DNA from: Chrysomallon squamiferum
Taxonomy: Eukaryota; Animalia; Mollusca
DNA: 64,000 nucleotides
Assembly: GCA_012295275.1 (NCBI GenBank)
Contig: CM022672.1
Location: 5,146,001 to 5,210,000 of the forward strand
Direction of reading: 5' to 3'
Below are positions 26,043 to 40,763 of the stretch, piece by piece. Under the pieces are notes generated by a model. That model saw only the letters and a list, made by a program, of their open reading frames with translations. It was not told the origin of the DNA and did not search any database. The position numbers and the translations under genes are program-made. Within the stretch, counting starts at the first letter, position 1, and each line of letters opens with the position of its first letter.

Positions 26043-29000
26043 AATAAAATAAAATAAACAAATAAATATTATTTGATACAGCAATTTTCCATGTTTCTAT
26101 TTTAAAAAACCTCAACAACAACAACAACAAACGTGCTACAACATATTACTAATATTAAAAAGTGTAAGATCAGACCTCAATCAAAATTAAATTAAATAAA
26201 CTGTATCACTGAACATACACAGTGAAATACCATGGTTATAACAGAAGAAATTATTTACTAATAAAGAATATTTTATTTTATAATAGTCTAGAAAAATATT
26301 TAACATTATTATAAATTAACCAGTTACAAGAATCGGGTACAAAAAATATTTTTACCTGAGATCCAAATGATGAGCTCCTCCTTTTATTAAAATATTCACC
26401 ACAGTATCTGATATATTTTGATTTACCTGTATAAAATAACAACAACAACAACAACAACAATAATAATAATAATAAAAAAACAATAAGAATAATAATAATA
26501 AAATAACAATAAGAATAATAATAATAATTAAATATATAAATAAAAATAAAAAATATTATTACACAAATACACACACACAAACATTCATTTCCAAAATATG
26601 TATTCATTTGGAAATACATATAAAATATTTAAAAATATTATCCATTTTGCCATATCTTTGAACAGAAACTTTAGAAACTTTAAAAACTATGCATATAAAT
26701 TATTTTAAAAAAAAGAAAAGAAACAAAAAGCAAATAAATAAATTTTAAATTATATAGAATTGTTTTTTTACAAATACTAATTTATAAATTTTATAAATGT
26801 ACGTACCCCACCCCCTCGCCAAGGATCAAGGTCACCGTTAGAGAAGACCAGATTACTGGCACTCTTGATATCTGAACACATGCAGAACATTTAAATCAGT
26901 TATATTTTACAGTTTAAAACCAGATTAAGTGTATAAGTAATTAGATAATAATAAGACTTACAATTTTTGCATTATACCAAATATAAAATTGAAGTTAGTA
27001 GTTTCACTAATAATTTAATTAAAAATATATAATTAATTTTAAACGGAAAAAAAAAAAAAATCATTATCTATACACTATATTTCTTGATATGAATTTTATA
27101 TTTTTTATATTAATAAACTGATTTTGACAAAAATACAAAAAACAATTTATCTTGAAATTTAAATACATATCTATACAGAAAAAAATCAAAATCGCAAAAA
27201 CCAGTTAATTTTAAAATAATATTAAACTTCAAGAAATTCTTCACCTTACAATTATCTTAAATACATTTCTAAATAGATGTGTCGCAGTATTTACTTTGTC
27301 CCCAAAACTGTATCTTCGCCCAATCAACACGTTGTGCAATTCCCCATGTTTTTCTGCAATATTCACTTCTCATATCTTGTGTCCACGGCAACACGGGAAA
27401 CATATCTCTCACATTGTTAGTTCCTTCAGGCAGAAGAATTTCTGTGCAAGCCTGGAATATATTGAAAAAGAATTTTGTTTTAAAGATTGTATTAAATACA
27501 CAATTTTACATGTTTCACAATCCCATACAAAAAGCCAAAGAAATCTTCTAATAAGATTATTTGCGTACCTGAAAGTCCCAAGCTTTTGCACTGGATCCAA
27601 GTCCACATCCAGTTGGATCTGCACATTCTACAAATTCTTTGTCAATGTCAAAACAGGAAAGAGTTCCTTTTGTTCCGTTGTAGTACAGACCAGAAGCTTG
27701 AGCGAGTCCTCTGATGACATTGTGTGATGTCATCATCATTTTACAAGCAACCTGAAAACAAGAGGATGTCCTTAGTAACTTTTTGAAGGTGATTTTTATA
27801 AAACAGTTTATAATAGACACATTTTATTTTATGTTTTTTTGTTTGAGTACATTCGTAACATTTGTCTTGCATATTAAATCTTAAAACATTATAAAAATAT
27901 AACATTTGAATTTTTTTTTTTTTTTTAAAGATTATCACTGTTCTTGTTAGATTTGTGTAAAAAAAAGAAGAAAAAAGGTAACTAATTCAATGATTATTTT
28001 TTATTTACAGTGACAGGATTAGCAGGTAAACTGAACAGTGAGACTGTGTATGGTTAGTTGAATACTGCTATGCTATCCTAACCATTGAGCCAGAGCCTGA
28101 TCTTCTCTTTTACTTACAGAGACAGGATTAGCAGGTAAACTGAACAGTGAGTTGAATATTGCTATGCTATTCTAACCATTGAGCCACGACAGTTTTACTT
28201 ACAGTGACAGGATTAGCAGGTAAACTGAATACTGGGTATGGGTAGTCAAACATTGCCACACTGGTGAAACTGTTGCGAATCCAGCCTAGGAGATGTTTGT
28301 ATTGAGAATGTGAAGTGAGAGGCTTACACAGTCTGAATATTTGTGACAGTCTGTGTAATCCTATAAAAAAACAAAAAAAAAAAAAAAAAAAAGAAAACTC
28401 AACAGGTAAACAACAGCCTGTCTTAAGAAATTGATATTAAAAATATAGCAGGAACAGAGAGCATCTTTTAATATTTATATTAAAAATGAGAATCCATTAG
28501 TAAATTGATATTAAAAATGTAACAGTAACAACCAAAAACTATCATTTATTTGAAATTTTTATAAAATGTCATATTTTAAAAGAGAAAAAAACAAACAAAA
28601 AAAGTTTTTTGTATTTTTGTTGAAAGTTTTTTTTAAATAAATGTTTATTTGTAGAGAACTATTGAAGAGAAATAAAACTGTTTCTGAATATATTTTACGG
28701 ATAAGTTTAAAATAAAAATGGTAAACTATGGTAATTTTATTAATTGTTTTATATTTTTATTTATTTACTTTAAATGCTGAGAAATTAAATACAAATAAAA
28801 AAGTTATTTGTGTAACTTATATGAATTTGTCTGAATTTTCTATTTGTTTAATGAGATTCATTTTAAAACTTAGTGACACAAAACTCTATCCTTTTACAGA
28901 CTTTTTTTTTGAATAAACAGTATCATGACCTTCACCTTTTTCTCCCTGAGAAGCAAGACTGTACATTTTCTGAAATGCTGCTCGGACACTGTTTTCACAC

Positions 29001-32000
29001 TCGGGATTCACGTTTCTGAAATCCTGAAAAAACACTTTAAATAAAACAATATGAAGTAGATTTCTGAATTTACTTTTAGCTGTAAAAGTTGGTTAGTGGC
29101 ATTATAAATTATTATAAAGCTCATAATAATATTAAATTATGACAGAATATTACACGTCATTTAAACAAATTTTAAAGAGAAAAAAAAAAAAAAAAAGAAC
29201 CACCAAAAAACAACGCTTTGTTTTGAACTCCTGCTACTAATAGTTTCTTTGGAATTAGAATGACAATTCTAAATTTATTTTGCAATAAAATCAGTTTCCT
29301 TGTATTTGTTAAATTATACTTATTAACCCATTTGTATTAAAATTCATAGAAAAAATGCATCAAGTTAAGCTAATCATTGAATAATCCAACCATAACAAAT
29401 ATTTCTATGACATGGTCTTCAAAAATAGGATAGACTGTCAGTGCATAAAAAGTGACATCACTTAAAATAGATCTTGGTGCATTCAAGAGGTTTAATAAAC
29501 AGTTTCAAGTGTTAGTTTTGCTAAAACATTTTTTCCCACTAACTCATCTGCATTACTGCTTTGAAGTTGGAATTTCTGTCAGTGTTTTGATCCATATTAA
29601 ATAATGGAGCATTAGCTGAAGTGCACTCAAGTGTCTTATTTAATAGAGACTATTTAATTAAAACATGTTCTAACACTACTTACTCACCTGGGTTACGGCT
29701 TTGAAGAAGAAACTTCTGTCAAAGCTTGGATCCAACATAAAGATCGGGGCACTGGCAGCAATTCCGCCATTAATGATATTTGGATATTTGAACCTCATGA
29801 AAGCTGTCAGCATTCCTCCGTAACTAAATCATAAATAAAATTTTGATTAAAAAAAAAAAATTAAAAATAAAAATAAATAAATGAATAATAATAATAATAA
29901 CAATAATATTAATAATAATAATCATGTTGCTGTGTAATGAAAATGAAAAAAAAATGATTTGCTATTAAGGGGAAATAATTTTTACAGTACTGTAATAAAT
30001 ATCTGAAAAAATTTAGAAATGAAGTAAATTTTAATAAATATTTAGGAAATGCATTTACATTCTGATGTCATTCATTTTATTATTTATGCAAAATAGGCAT
30101 TAATGAATAACAAATCCAAACTAAAAATAATATTTTCTGAAATTTTTTAATTTTAATTTAATCTTCCTGTAATTCAAATGTAACAAATTAACTTAACCTT
30201 CACATGTAATTCAAATATAATAAATTCATTCAACTTAATCTTCTTACAGTTCCAGTATAACAAATTCATTTTGATTTAATTATTCTTTAATTCAAGTTTG
30301 ACAAATGAATCAATCAAATTCAACCATCCTACAATTTTTCTAAAACAATAAAATCTATTTATGTGGCATATACTGACTGACCTGCCACCGAATGCAATAA
30401 CTGGAGATTTTGTGGCATTCAGCTGAGTCTTTAGTTCTGTGACAAGAACAGCAAAGTCTGCCAGGGCCTGTTCCACAGTCAGCAAACCTATGTAGGGAGG
30501 TTTGAAACTGTCATCCCCCGCTGGCAGAGACTTTCCATAGAACCGCTGAAATGTTGGTTAATATCTTTATTAACATTTTTAACAAATGAATAGCAATTCT
30601 GTGTATACCTTATCAAGTTTAAGTTTCATCATTTCACAGTAATTTTTGACGGTTTTGTTATTTTAAAATGTTTTAGTGAAAAATAATTCCAAATTTACTG
30701 AAATCAAATATATTATTTAAAAAAATGTTTAATTATTATAATATATTCAATTTTTCTGAAGAACAAAAAATTAATTTTTTATCAGTCATTATTATTTATT
30801 ATTTTTCATTCATTTGTATTTTGATTTTTACGTTGTTTTTGTTGTTGTTGTTGTTGTTGTTGTTGATGTTGCTGTTGTTGAATAAAGACCTTGAAATCAA
30901 AGAATCTATTTTTAGCTGAATTGTATGTTAAAACTGTGTAACATAAACAATCTATCTACATACAGTTCACATTTAGAAGTTAATGTCAGTTTTAAATCAT
31001 TGTGCATACTGACATTTAGTAACTGAATGCTTCTGATAACCTTTGGATTACAAAGTTGTTCTAGATGTTTTATGCCTTCTTGCAGTTTAAAAAAATACTT
31101 AAATTGTTTCAATTCAAATAAACCTTTTTTCTTCTTCATTGTTAACTGTTGAGATTTTAAATACTATGGTATCAAATTAGGCTAATTATAATCAAATTCA
31201 AGTGACCCCAGTAAATCTGAGCAACCATGAATAATCATTTCAGTGAGCCAAAACAGTCATGGATATTCATTTCTGTGAAAACAAAGGTCAATTTTGGTCA
31301 AAATCTTAAAGTCAAGAATATTCATTCTCAATAAACACAAACAGCTATGAGTATACATCTTGGCGAATTCAAATAGTGATGAATATTCATGTTTGCAAAA
31401 CCAAAACAATCATGAATACTCAGTAAAACCAAGAAGTAATAAATTTTCATTTCAGTGAACCCTAACAGCCATGAATATTCATGTCATTGAATCCAGAAAA
31501 TGGATATTCATTTCAAGCGAACTCAAAGCAGATGAATATTCATTTTTCTGAATCCTAAGAAAAATGAAAATTCATATGAGTAAATACTAATAGTCATTTA
31601 TGTGCTATGAATATTTGTGTCTGAAAATTCATTTGATAAGCATCATGTCATAAGACTCAGTGACCATCACCAAATTAACAGCTGACAGACCCAGGATCAA
31701 ATATCTGTACTGGCTCATGTGAAGTGTTGAAGAAATGTAGAACTTCTCTTCAAACACTTTAATACAGTTGTACAGAGAAACAACCAAGGTGTAGGTGATT
31801 GAACCAGCAGTACACTTCAATATGGTTGACTGGCAGAGTAATGACACATGCTGATTATATATCACTAAATATATTGATATATGATACATTTGTCACAATA
31901 TCATGATATATATTAGTATATGTTGTTATATGGTGTTTCAGTTAAAAGCTGATATTTTTAATCTTTGTCAGTAAATTCTGATATATTTAATATATATCAC

Positions 32001-32258
32001 AATATGCTGATACATGGTGTATTGATTACATGCTTGTATTCTCAGTATGTATCACTTCAAACATGATACAATATATTAGTACACAGTGATATATTCAATA
32101 TGTATCACTGCATGCTGATTTATGGTATATTAGTACATAATCAAATGTTTAATATATATCACTGTTTGCTGACCTATTTAATTATTTAACAAATCACTAT
32201 ATGCTGATATATGATATATTAGTATAAGCTAATATATTTAATGTCACCTAATGCTTAC

Positions 32259-32296
<38 letters not shown>

Positions 32297-34630
32297 GTAT
32301 GCTAATACAAACTCTTATGTATTAGTACATGCTCTTACAGTTAATATATATCACAATATGCTGATATACTAAATACTGGTACAGGCTGACATATGTGTAG
32401 CATCACCATCTGTTATCTGTACATTATATAAAGTATTCTTCATTAAAAGGTTTAGTCACTATTTATTTTTCTCTTCCAAAGTATCAATTACTGCAACAAA
32501 TTCAGTTTAGCCAGAACACAAGACTGCTTGAAAATATGTCAACATTGATAAACATTAAGAAATAAATATGCACAGACATAAACATGTGGTTACATACGCA
32601 TGCATGTAAGCATGTAATTACATAGCATGCAAACCACACAAATGTGAATGTCTGCTTTGTTTCTCTTTGTTGGCTGAGATTTGTTTTGGGTTTTTTTGTG
32701 ATCAAGTTGCTGCTGTAACCACCTGCACACAATTATACATGTACACACACACACACACAAGTAAGTAGAGTCTGTGCTTAGTGTACACACATATACACAC
32801 AAGTAAGTAGAGTCTGTGCTTAGTGTACACACACACACACACAAGTAAGTAGAGTCTGTGCTTAGTGTACACACATATACACACACAAGTAAGTAGAGTC
32901 TGTGCTTAGTGTACACACATACACACACACAAGTAGAGTCTAGAGTCACACACACACAAGTAAGTAGACACACACACACACACAAGTAAGTAGAGTCTGT
33001 GCTTAGTGTACACACACACACACACACACAAGTAAGTAGAGTCTGTGCTTAGTGTACACACACACACACACAAGTAAGTAGAGTCTGTGCTTAGTGTACA
33101 CACATACACACACAAGTAAGTAGAGTCTGTGCTTAGTGTACACACATACACACACAAGTAAGTAGAGTCTGTGCTTAGTGTACACACATACACACACAAG
33201 TAAGTAGAGTCTGTGTACACACACACACACAAGTAAGTAGAGTCTGTGCTTAGTGTACACACATACACACACAAGTAAGTAGAGTCTGTGCTTAGTGTAC
33301 ACACACACACACACAGTCTGTCTAGTGTACACACACACACACAAGTAAGTAGAGTCTATGTACACACATACACACACAAGTAAGTAGAGTCTATGTACAC
33401 ACATATACACACAAGTAAGTAGAGTCTATGTACACACATACACACACAAGTAAGTAGAGTCTGTGCTTAGTGTACACACATATACACACAAGTAAGTAGA
33501 GTCTATGTACACACACATACACACACAAGTAAGTAGAGTCTATGTACACACACACACACACAAGTAAGTAGAGTCTGTGCTTAGTGTACACACATACACA
33601 CACAAGTAAGTAGAGTCTATGTACACACATACACACACAAGTAAGTAGAGTCTATGTACACACACACACACACAAGTAAGTAGAGTCTGTGCTTAGTGTA
33701 CACACATACACACACAAGTAAGTAGAGTCTGTGCTTAGTGTACACACATACACACACAAGTAAGTAGAGTCTGTGCTTAGTGTACACACATACACACACA
33801 AGTAAGTAGAGTCTATGTACACACACACACACACAAGTAAGTAGAGTCTGTGCTTAGTGTACACACATACACACACAAGTAAGTAGAGTCTGTGCTTAGT
33901 GTACACACATACACACAAGTAAGTAGAGTCTATGTACACACATATACACACAAGTAAGTAGAGTCTGTGCTTAGTGTACACACACACACACACAAGTAAG
34001 TAGAGTCTGTGCTTAGTGTACACACATACACACACAAGTAAGTAGAGTCTATGTACACACATACACACACAACAAGTAGAGTCTGTGTCTGTGCTTAGAG
34101 TCTGTGTACACACACACACACACACAAGTAAGTAGAGTCTGTGTACACACACACACACAAAGTAAGTAGAGTACACACACACACACACACACACAAGTAG
34201 AGTCTATGTACACACATATACACACAAGTAAGTAGAGTCTGTGCTTAGTGTACACACACACACACATACACAAGTAAGTAGAGTCTGTGTACACACACAC
34301 ACACAAGTAAGTAGAGTCTGTGCTTAGTGTACACACATACACACACAAGTAAGTAGAGTCTATGTACACACATATACACACAAGTAAGTAGAGTCTGTGC
34401 TTAGTGTACACACATACACACACAAGTAAGTAGAGTCTATGTACACACATATACACACAAGTAAGTAGAGTCTGTGCTTAGTGTACACACATACATACAC
34501 GTTGTCTTGTTTGTTGTTGTTGTGCTGGAGTATTAGTGTGTGTATGAAACAACTACTGCTACTTTTTGTCTTGAACACGTACTACATGTTTTTGCTTTTT
34601 GATATCTAGCTACATGTTTCTATATGTACA

Positions 34631-34661
<31 letters not shown>

Positions 34662-34884
34662 GGTGTGTATTATATTTGTACATGCTGATATTAATCACCA
34701 TGTTTGTGTGTGTGTGTGCATGTGTGTGTAAATATGTGCTTCTGTGCATAAATATATATATAAATGTTTATCCTTATGTGCATAAATCCTTAAATATATA
34801 TACACATGCACAACATTTATGTGCACACATGCACACACACATGTACACACATACATGCACACACACACACAAACACACACACAT

Positions 34885-34921
<37 letters not shown>

Positions 34922-35689
34922 TAAACAAACATTTGTTGTGGAGTTACTTCAAGAAATGTTGTTATTTTCATCAGGTGTTACAGCTAAAGCTATTTATTAT
35001 CTTTCCTTTTTCAATACACACAATTCAATCTATTTCTGCTTATCTCAAAAGGTAATCTGAAATACCACCCTCAGCGCAAGGACAGGTGTCTGCTGACATT
35101 TTCCCAACACGTGTAGAAAACATGTAGAGAAACAGCAGAGAAAGCTTCTGGCAAAGCAACAAAATGACGACGTTAAGATCAGCATTAATCACTAACAGTA
35201 TTCTGATGTGTCAGAAATAACAATGCAATGGCATCATTCTAACTTTGTCTGTTTTTTCATGGTATTTTTAAAAAATTTTTTTTTTTTTTTTTTTTTTTTT
35301 TCCTGTTTCGTGCAATATAAGCTCTTTGATAAATACATGTCTGAGGTGTTGCTGGCCACAGGATCAATCCTGCATGGGTAGTTTTTGTTTTGGTTGTGTT
35401 AGACAATGATTCATGCATGCCATACACACAAACCAGAATTTCACCAGAGACTGATGTCAAAAAGCGAATTCCCCGGCGAGTACATTTAACTGTTTCATTA
35501 TTTTAGATATTTATTGATCATTAGTCGCAGTTGTCTCCCATTTATGTCAGACAGTTCTTCATCATTAGAGTAGTAAAGGTTATAAAAATATTGTTTTTAT
35601 ACATAATAGATTTATATAGATTCATGGATATATATATATATATATATAAATAAATAGATAGATAGATAGATACATAGATACATAGATAC

Positions 35690-35772
<83 letters not shown>

Positions 35773-38547
35773 TAAGTATATACAAAATGTTTAATGTCAA
35801 GCTAATTATAACACTTATTAAATAAACAGCATTAATTTAATGTTAGTGAAAATAATTAAACCATTAACTCAGATTCAGTAATTTACACCACAATTAGACA
35901 AAAGTAAGAAATAAAAAAAAAATCAAATAATGAACAGAAAATATTTAACTTCTTCGACACTGAGTAAGGACTGACATTAGCTGGCTAAAACTGAATGAAA
36001 GAAAAGATGAAACCCAGGTATTCAGCTGGACTGATGATAAAATGTAATAAGATACACTAGAAATTCTATTAGTTGCATGTCTCTCTGTGTACTATGCTGA
36101 TTACAGTGATTATTTCAGTTACAGGCAAAGTCAAAAGTACTGAGAAGGTTAATAAAGATGTGTGTGAAGTGTCAGTCAACTCAGCTGTTACACAGACTGT
36201 CAGATCCTGCTTGTGAAAACTGTTAATGATTCATACACACTTTCACCAAATGATGCTGATTAGTCCCACACTGTCCATGTCAACAGTTGAGAAATATAAT
36301 ATCATTATGACAAAACCTGATTCTGTTTAATTTATGTCACAACATTATTGTTATGTGGTAAATCAACAACCCAGCTGAGAATTGAAAATATTCAGTTTAT
36401 ACAGAGTATCAGATATATCCAAACATATAATCCTAGTAAACACATTAACATGAACATTAAATCTTTTTTTTTTTTTTTTTTTTTTTTGCATGATAACACA
36501 TTGAACTGATTTAAGGAAATTGGTTTGACATACTGAACTTCTACCTGCAATGACCCACAGAAAGGACACAAACTGGTAGTGAATATATTATTATCATGTT
36601 AAAAACTACAACAGCACAGATAATTAATACTGTTTTCATCTTAGATTAGCATATTAAAAAAAAACAATTCTGTTAATATTTAAACACAAGGAATTATGTG
36701 CAGTTAAAAAGTAACACAAAACAAAAAAATATGACTAAAACTCTGTTATCTTCACACAGTTTCATAAACAATGAATTATTTTCCTAATTTCCTACACAAA
36801 CAAACCGGAGTATTTAAAACAAAGATGCTTATTGCAAAATTTATTAGCCTAATTTGAAACAGGCAGTTGATCAATAAAGAGTGTTAAAACAAAGCCACAA
36901 CACAATCAAAACCAATATGTGTGTGTTCTAAAAAATTACTACAGGCTTTTGAAAAATCTACTTCAACTCCAGTATATGACTGAAGACCAAAAGTTTTGAT
37001 AGCAAGATCAAATATGATCAGTACATGCTCCACATATTCTCACCATAGTCACATTTAGACATAACAGGGTGTCTAATTCCTGAAAACAACTAATAATCAA
37101 ACTGGCTAGCTGTAAGAAAACTGCAGCCAGTCTATAATAAGCATTAACATTTTTTTTTTTTTTCTGTAACTAATCTAGTAGTGAACACTCTAACAATGTC
37201 TTGATGAATCTTCTGTTTCACAAACCAGTCGGGCTCTTCAAACAAGCTTTTGTCTGCAGTCATTATTACTGTTACGAAAATAATTCCCAGTATCTCGGGA
37301 GTACATCAGTTTCTCTACACACAGAATTTATTTATTTTGGCATCTTATTTCACTTCTCAAGACACCGGCTATAAATTGTATCTAGTCTCTCCTGATGCTG
37401 TTTATTGATTTTTGTTAGATTTTTAACCACTTTGCTTAAGAGAGTGAGTGACAGTCAGTTATACACAATCATCTCAAATATACTTTCACATCTGTTATGG
37501 ATTTCATACATAATATACTATTTAATGACATCTTTCTTATTAATAATAATGTTAACCTTCCAAAAGAGAAAAAAATAAAATAATTTTTCATCATTTATTT
37601 ATGATTTTTCGTCTGAGGCAATCCATAGAGTTTTTGATCAATAATTCCAGTGTTATAATGTTATAACAACCTTTCAGAACAGAATAGTAGATAGAATATT
37701 TTCTTATTTACCTACCCTTAAATCATCTTTGTTAATAATGTTCATTACATTCAAACACTGTTTAACATTAGAAACAAATTCACATATTTTACAGCTATAC
37801 TGTCTCTGATCAGTTTAATTGATTATTCAGCTACATGAAAATATCATTTCCTAATTGACCTATTAAATCTTCTTTGTTCATTAAAGTTTCATATGCTATG
37901 TACTGTTAGAAATATATTTATATATTTCATTGATGACAATGTTTATTTAATAATTCATCTTACAAAACAGAATAGTTGAAATAATATTTCCTTATTTATC
38001 TATCTTTAGTCTAGAACATTAAATAATAACATTGATCATGGCTGTTTATACATTAATATTTATATATTTTATACATTCAAGACTGTCACATCTGTAATGT
38101 TATTTTTCATTTCTCTGTCTTTAGACTCGTGCAGTAAATGATAATAACATTCACTATTTACTGTTAAAATCCTGTGTTTATATTTTATAAATATACTGTT
38201 TAAGAATAACTATGCCTGTCATAATAATTACATTCACCATAAAAAAAGGAAAACAATATTTACACAACTATTTCTATACTGGATATTTTAATCTCTGTAA
38301 ATAACTGTTCATGTTCTAGATATTTACTGTTTGAAAAGCTGTTTCTATTCCAGACATGTTAATTTCTATTTATATTCCAAAATTTACAAAGCTGTTTCTA
38401 CTGAGGGTATCTGCCATTTAGTCATTTTTTGGTCCAACAAGGTAAATTAGAAGAACATTCATTTAAATTATATTAAGACATATGTTCATACAATTCAAAC
38501 ACTAAAGATACAATTAGGAGCTGTCGGGAATAATGTGTTATATATAA

Positions 38548-38585
<38 letters not shown>

Positions 38586-39143
38586 AGTTTATGCTCTTTC
38601 TCATTTCAAGTTTTTTGGAGATTGCAAAAATATTAGATTCAGTTATCTTAACTAAAACATTAGATTTTATTTATGATATATTTGACTTCTACATTTTGAC
38701 AATTCTTTTTCAACTGAAACTATTAAATTTAATTTTTTTAAATTTGTTTTTATTAGTGAAATTTTCAGTTCTAGGTTTTGGCAGATTTTTTAACTAAAAC
38801 TTTGAAATTTAATGTAACTAAACATCATACAATATTTTTCATTATGAGGTTTTGACCAAATTTTTTTACTGAAACAATAAGATTCATTAGTGTTAACTAA
38901 AACAGTAAATTTTATTTATGACACAAATACTGATTAATGAGTAATAAAATTATACAACATCAGTTTTGGCAAACCAATTATTGGGAGAATAACCAGACTG
39001 GAAAGCATTTGCATGTTATTAGTTTTATTTGTTCAGATACATAAACATGTATGAATAACATTAAAATATGTCAGTGAAACATTTACTCACAAACATATAT
39101 AATATTTTTGTGTGAACATACACACACAGTCACACACACACAG

Positions 39144-39188
<45 letters not shown>

Positions 39189-39936
39189 GCAGAAATTAAT
39201 GAACACAAACACACACACACATATAAGATGAAATAAATGTTAATGAGAAAAAGTAAATTAATATTTGTATACACTGTGTTTTATTGACAATCAGTATTAA
39301 TTGATTTTTAGGAAAGCTTCTTTGGATAAACACATAACAGAAATAGCTAAATAAACTGCCAGAAGAAATCTGTACTTAATGACCACAATTGTTCTAATTA
39401 TGGCAGCCATTTCAATAAATGACAAAATATTATATTGATGTTTTTCTACTTAGTGTTTCCCTACCATTTTAAAATAATACAAAAATATTATTATTATAAA
39501 GGAAAGTAAATAAAAAAGAAGAACATTTTACTGTGAAATTTATGAAATAGTTATTTCTACATACAACTGAAAGGCAAACCACATTCAGACATTTATATAC
39601 AAAACAGCAAGTATACATGCAGATAGAAACCTATAAATATTTTTATATATTCTGCATTTGTGAAAATAAAAAAATAGAGATTAATAATACAAAAAAACAA
39701 ACAAGACTATAACAACTGATTATTATTATTTTTTTAATTGTGATCTCTACAAAATGCTAATGAAGAGCAATTTTATATACATTGCTATGTAACATCCAGT
39801 AACATGTTACTTGAACCGTGGCGTAAAATGTGTTAAAACTGCAGACTCAAATTCCCAAAGCTGTAACACTGAATAATTTACAACCATGATTTTCTGGAAT
39901 GGAATAAAAACTCTTTTATCTCTCTCTTTCATTCAG

Positions 39937-39969
<33 letters not shown>

Positions 39970-40719
39970 ACCACCATTCTCACACACACCACCATTCCAC
40001 TCACACACACACAGACAGACTGACAGAGAGAGTAAGTGAAAAGAAAAACCCAGTATAAGGTTAAACAAGAATTGTAATTCTTTATATATTAAAACGAAGA
40101 TATTTTTAAATGCATTTTAACATGCAAAGCAAAGGTTAATTAAATTAAAGCAAATATAAATAAGGTTTCATTAATAAAACAGAACAAAAAAAAAAATAAT
40201 CTTTACATTTCTGTGTTTTATGTAAAGCAAAAAAATAAAATAAAATAAAATAAAATAAAATAAAATAAAATAAAATAAAATAAAATAAAATGAAATTCAG
40301 CTCAGCTTGGGTTAGAAAACAAACCAAGGAAAAAATTATCAAAATATCTGAAGTAAATAAGGAACAATTTATAAGATAAATATTAAAATGTGTTTCTCTC
40401 ACCAATATGACACTTTTTTTTACACACATATTTATACACAATGCATTGAAAAACAAAGGGTTTGACCTCAGGTGAAAAAATTGTGCATCAAAATTATTTT
40501 TGCAATAAAAAGCTGGAAGACTATTTATAATAGTTTTTTGTAATTTTTCAAGAACAGATCTGAACATACTTTTACATACACATGGAAAGAATATGTAGAT
40601 ATGTTGTTTTTTTAATTACATGTACAGATCTATATAAAATGACAGTGTAATGCTAATTTGTGCTTCAATAATAAAACAAATTATATAATGGAAGTCTGAT
40701 ACAATATTTGAAAAGTTAT

Positions 40720-40763
<44 letters not shown>

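Noticed and set aside
28150-28190. tRNA A-box-like GTGGCTCAATGGTTAG on the minus strand
   Set aside because: It aligns without gaps to DPP7 exon 6 sequence, so it is explained as a diverged exon copy. There is no B box or cloverleaf.
31629-31889. 86-aa minus-strand ORF in a GC-richer patch of DPP7 intron 2
   Set aside because: No recognisable domain or convincing splice sites, and it starts inside a minisatellite.
32740-34500. CRISPR-like array (constant repeat with intervening segments) and long ORFs on the minus strand
   Set aside because: The intervening segments are only (AC)n, not unique spacers. There are no cas genes and the context is a eukaryotic intron. The ORFs are repeat translations.
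35069-35086. REST/RE1-like motif TCAGCGCAAGGACAG
   Set aside because: The spacing and left half-site deviate from consensus, so a chance match is likely.
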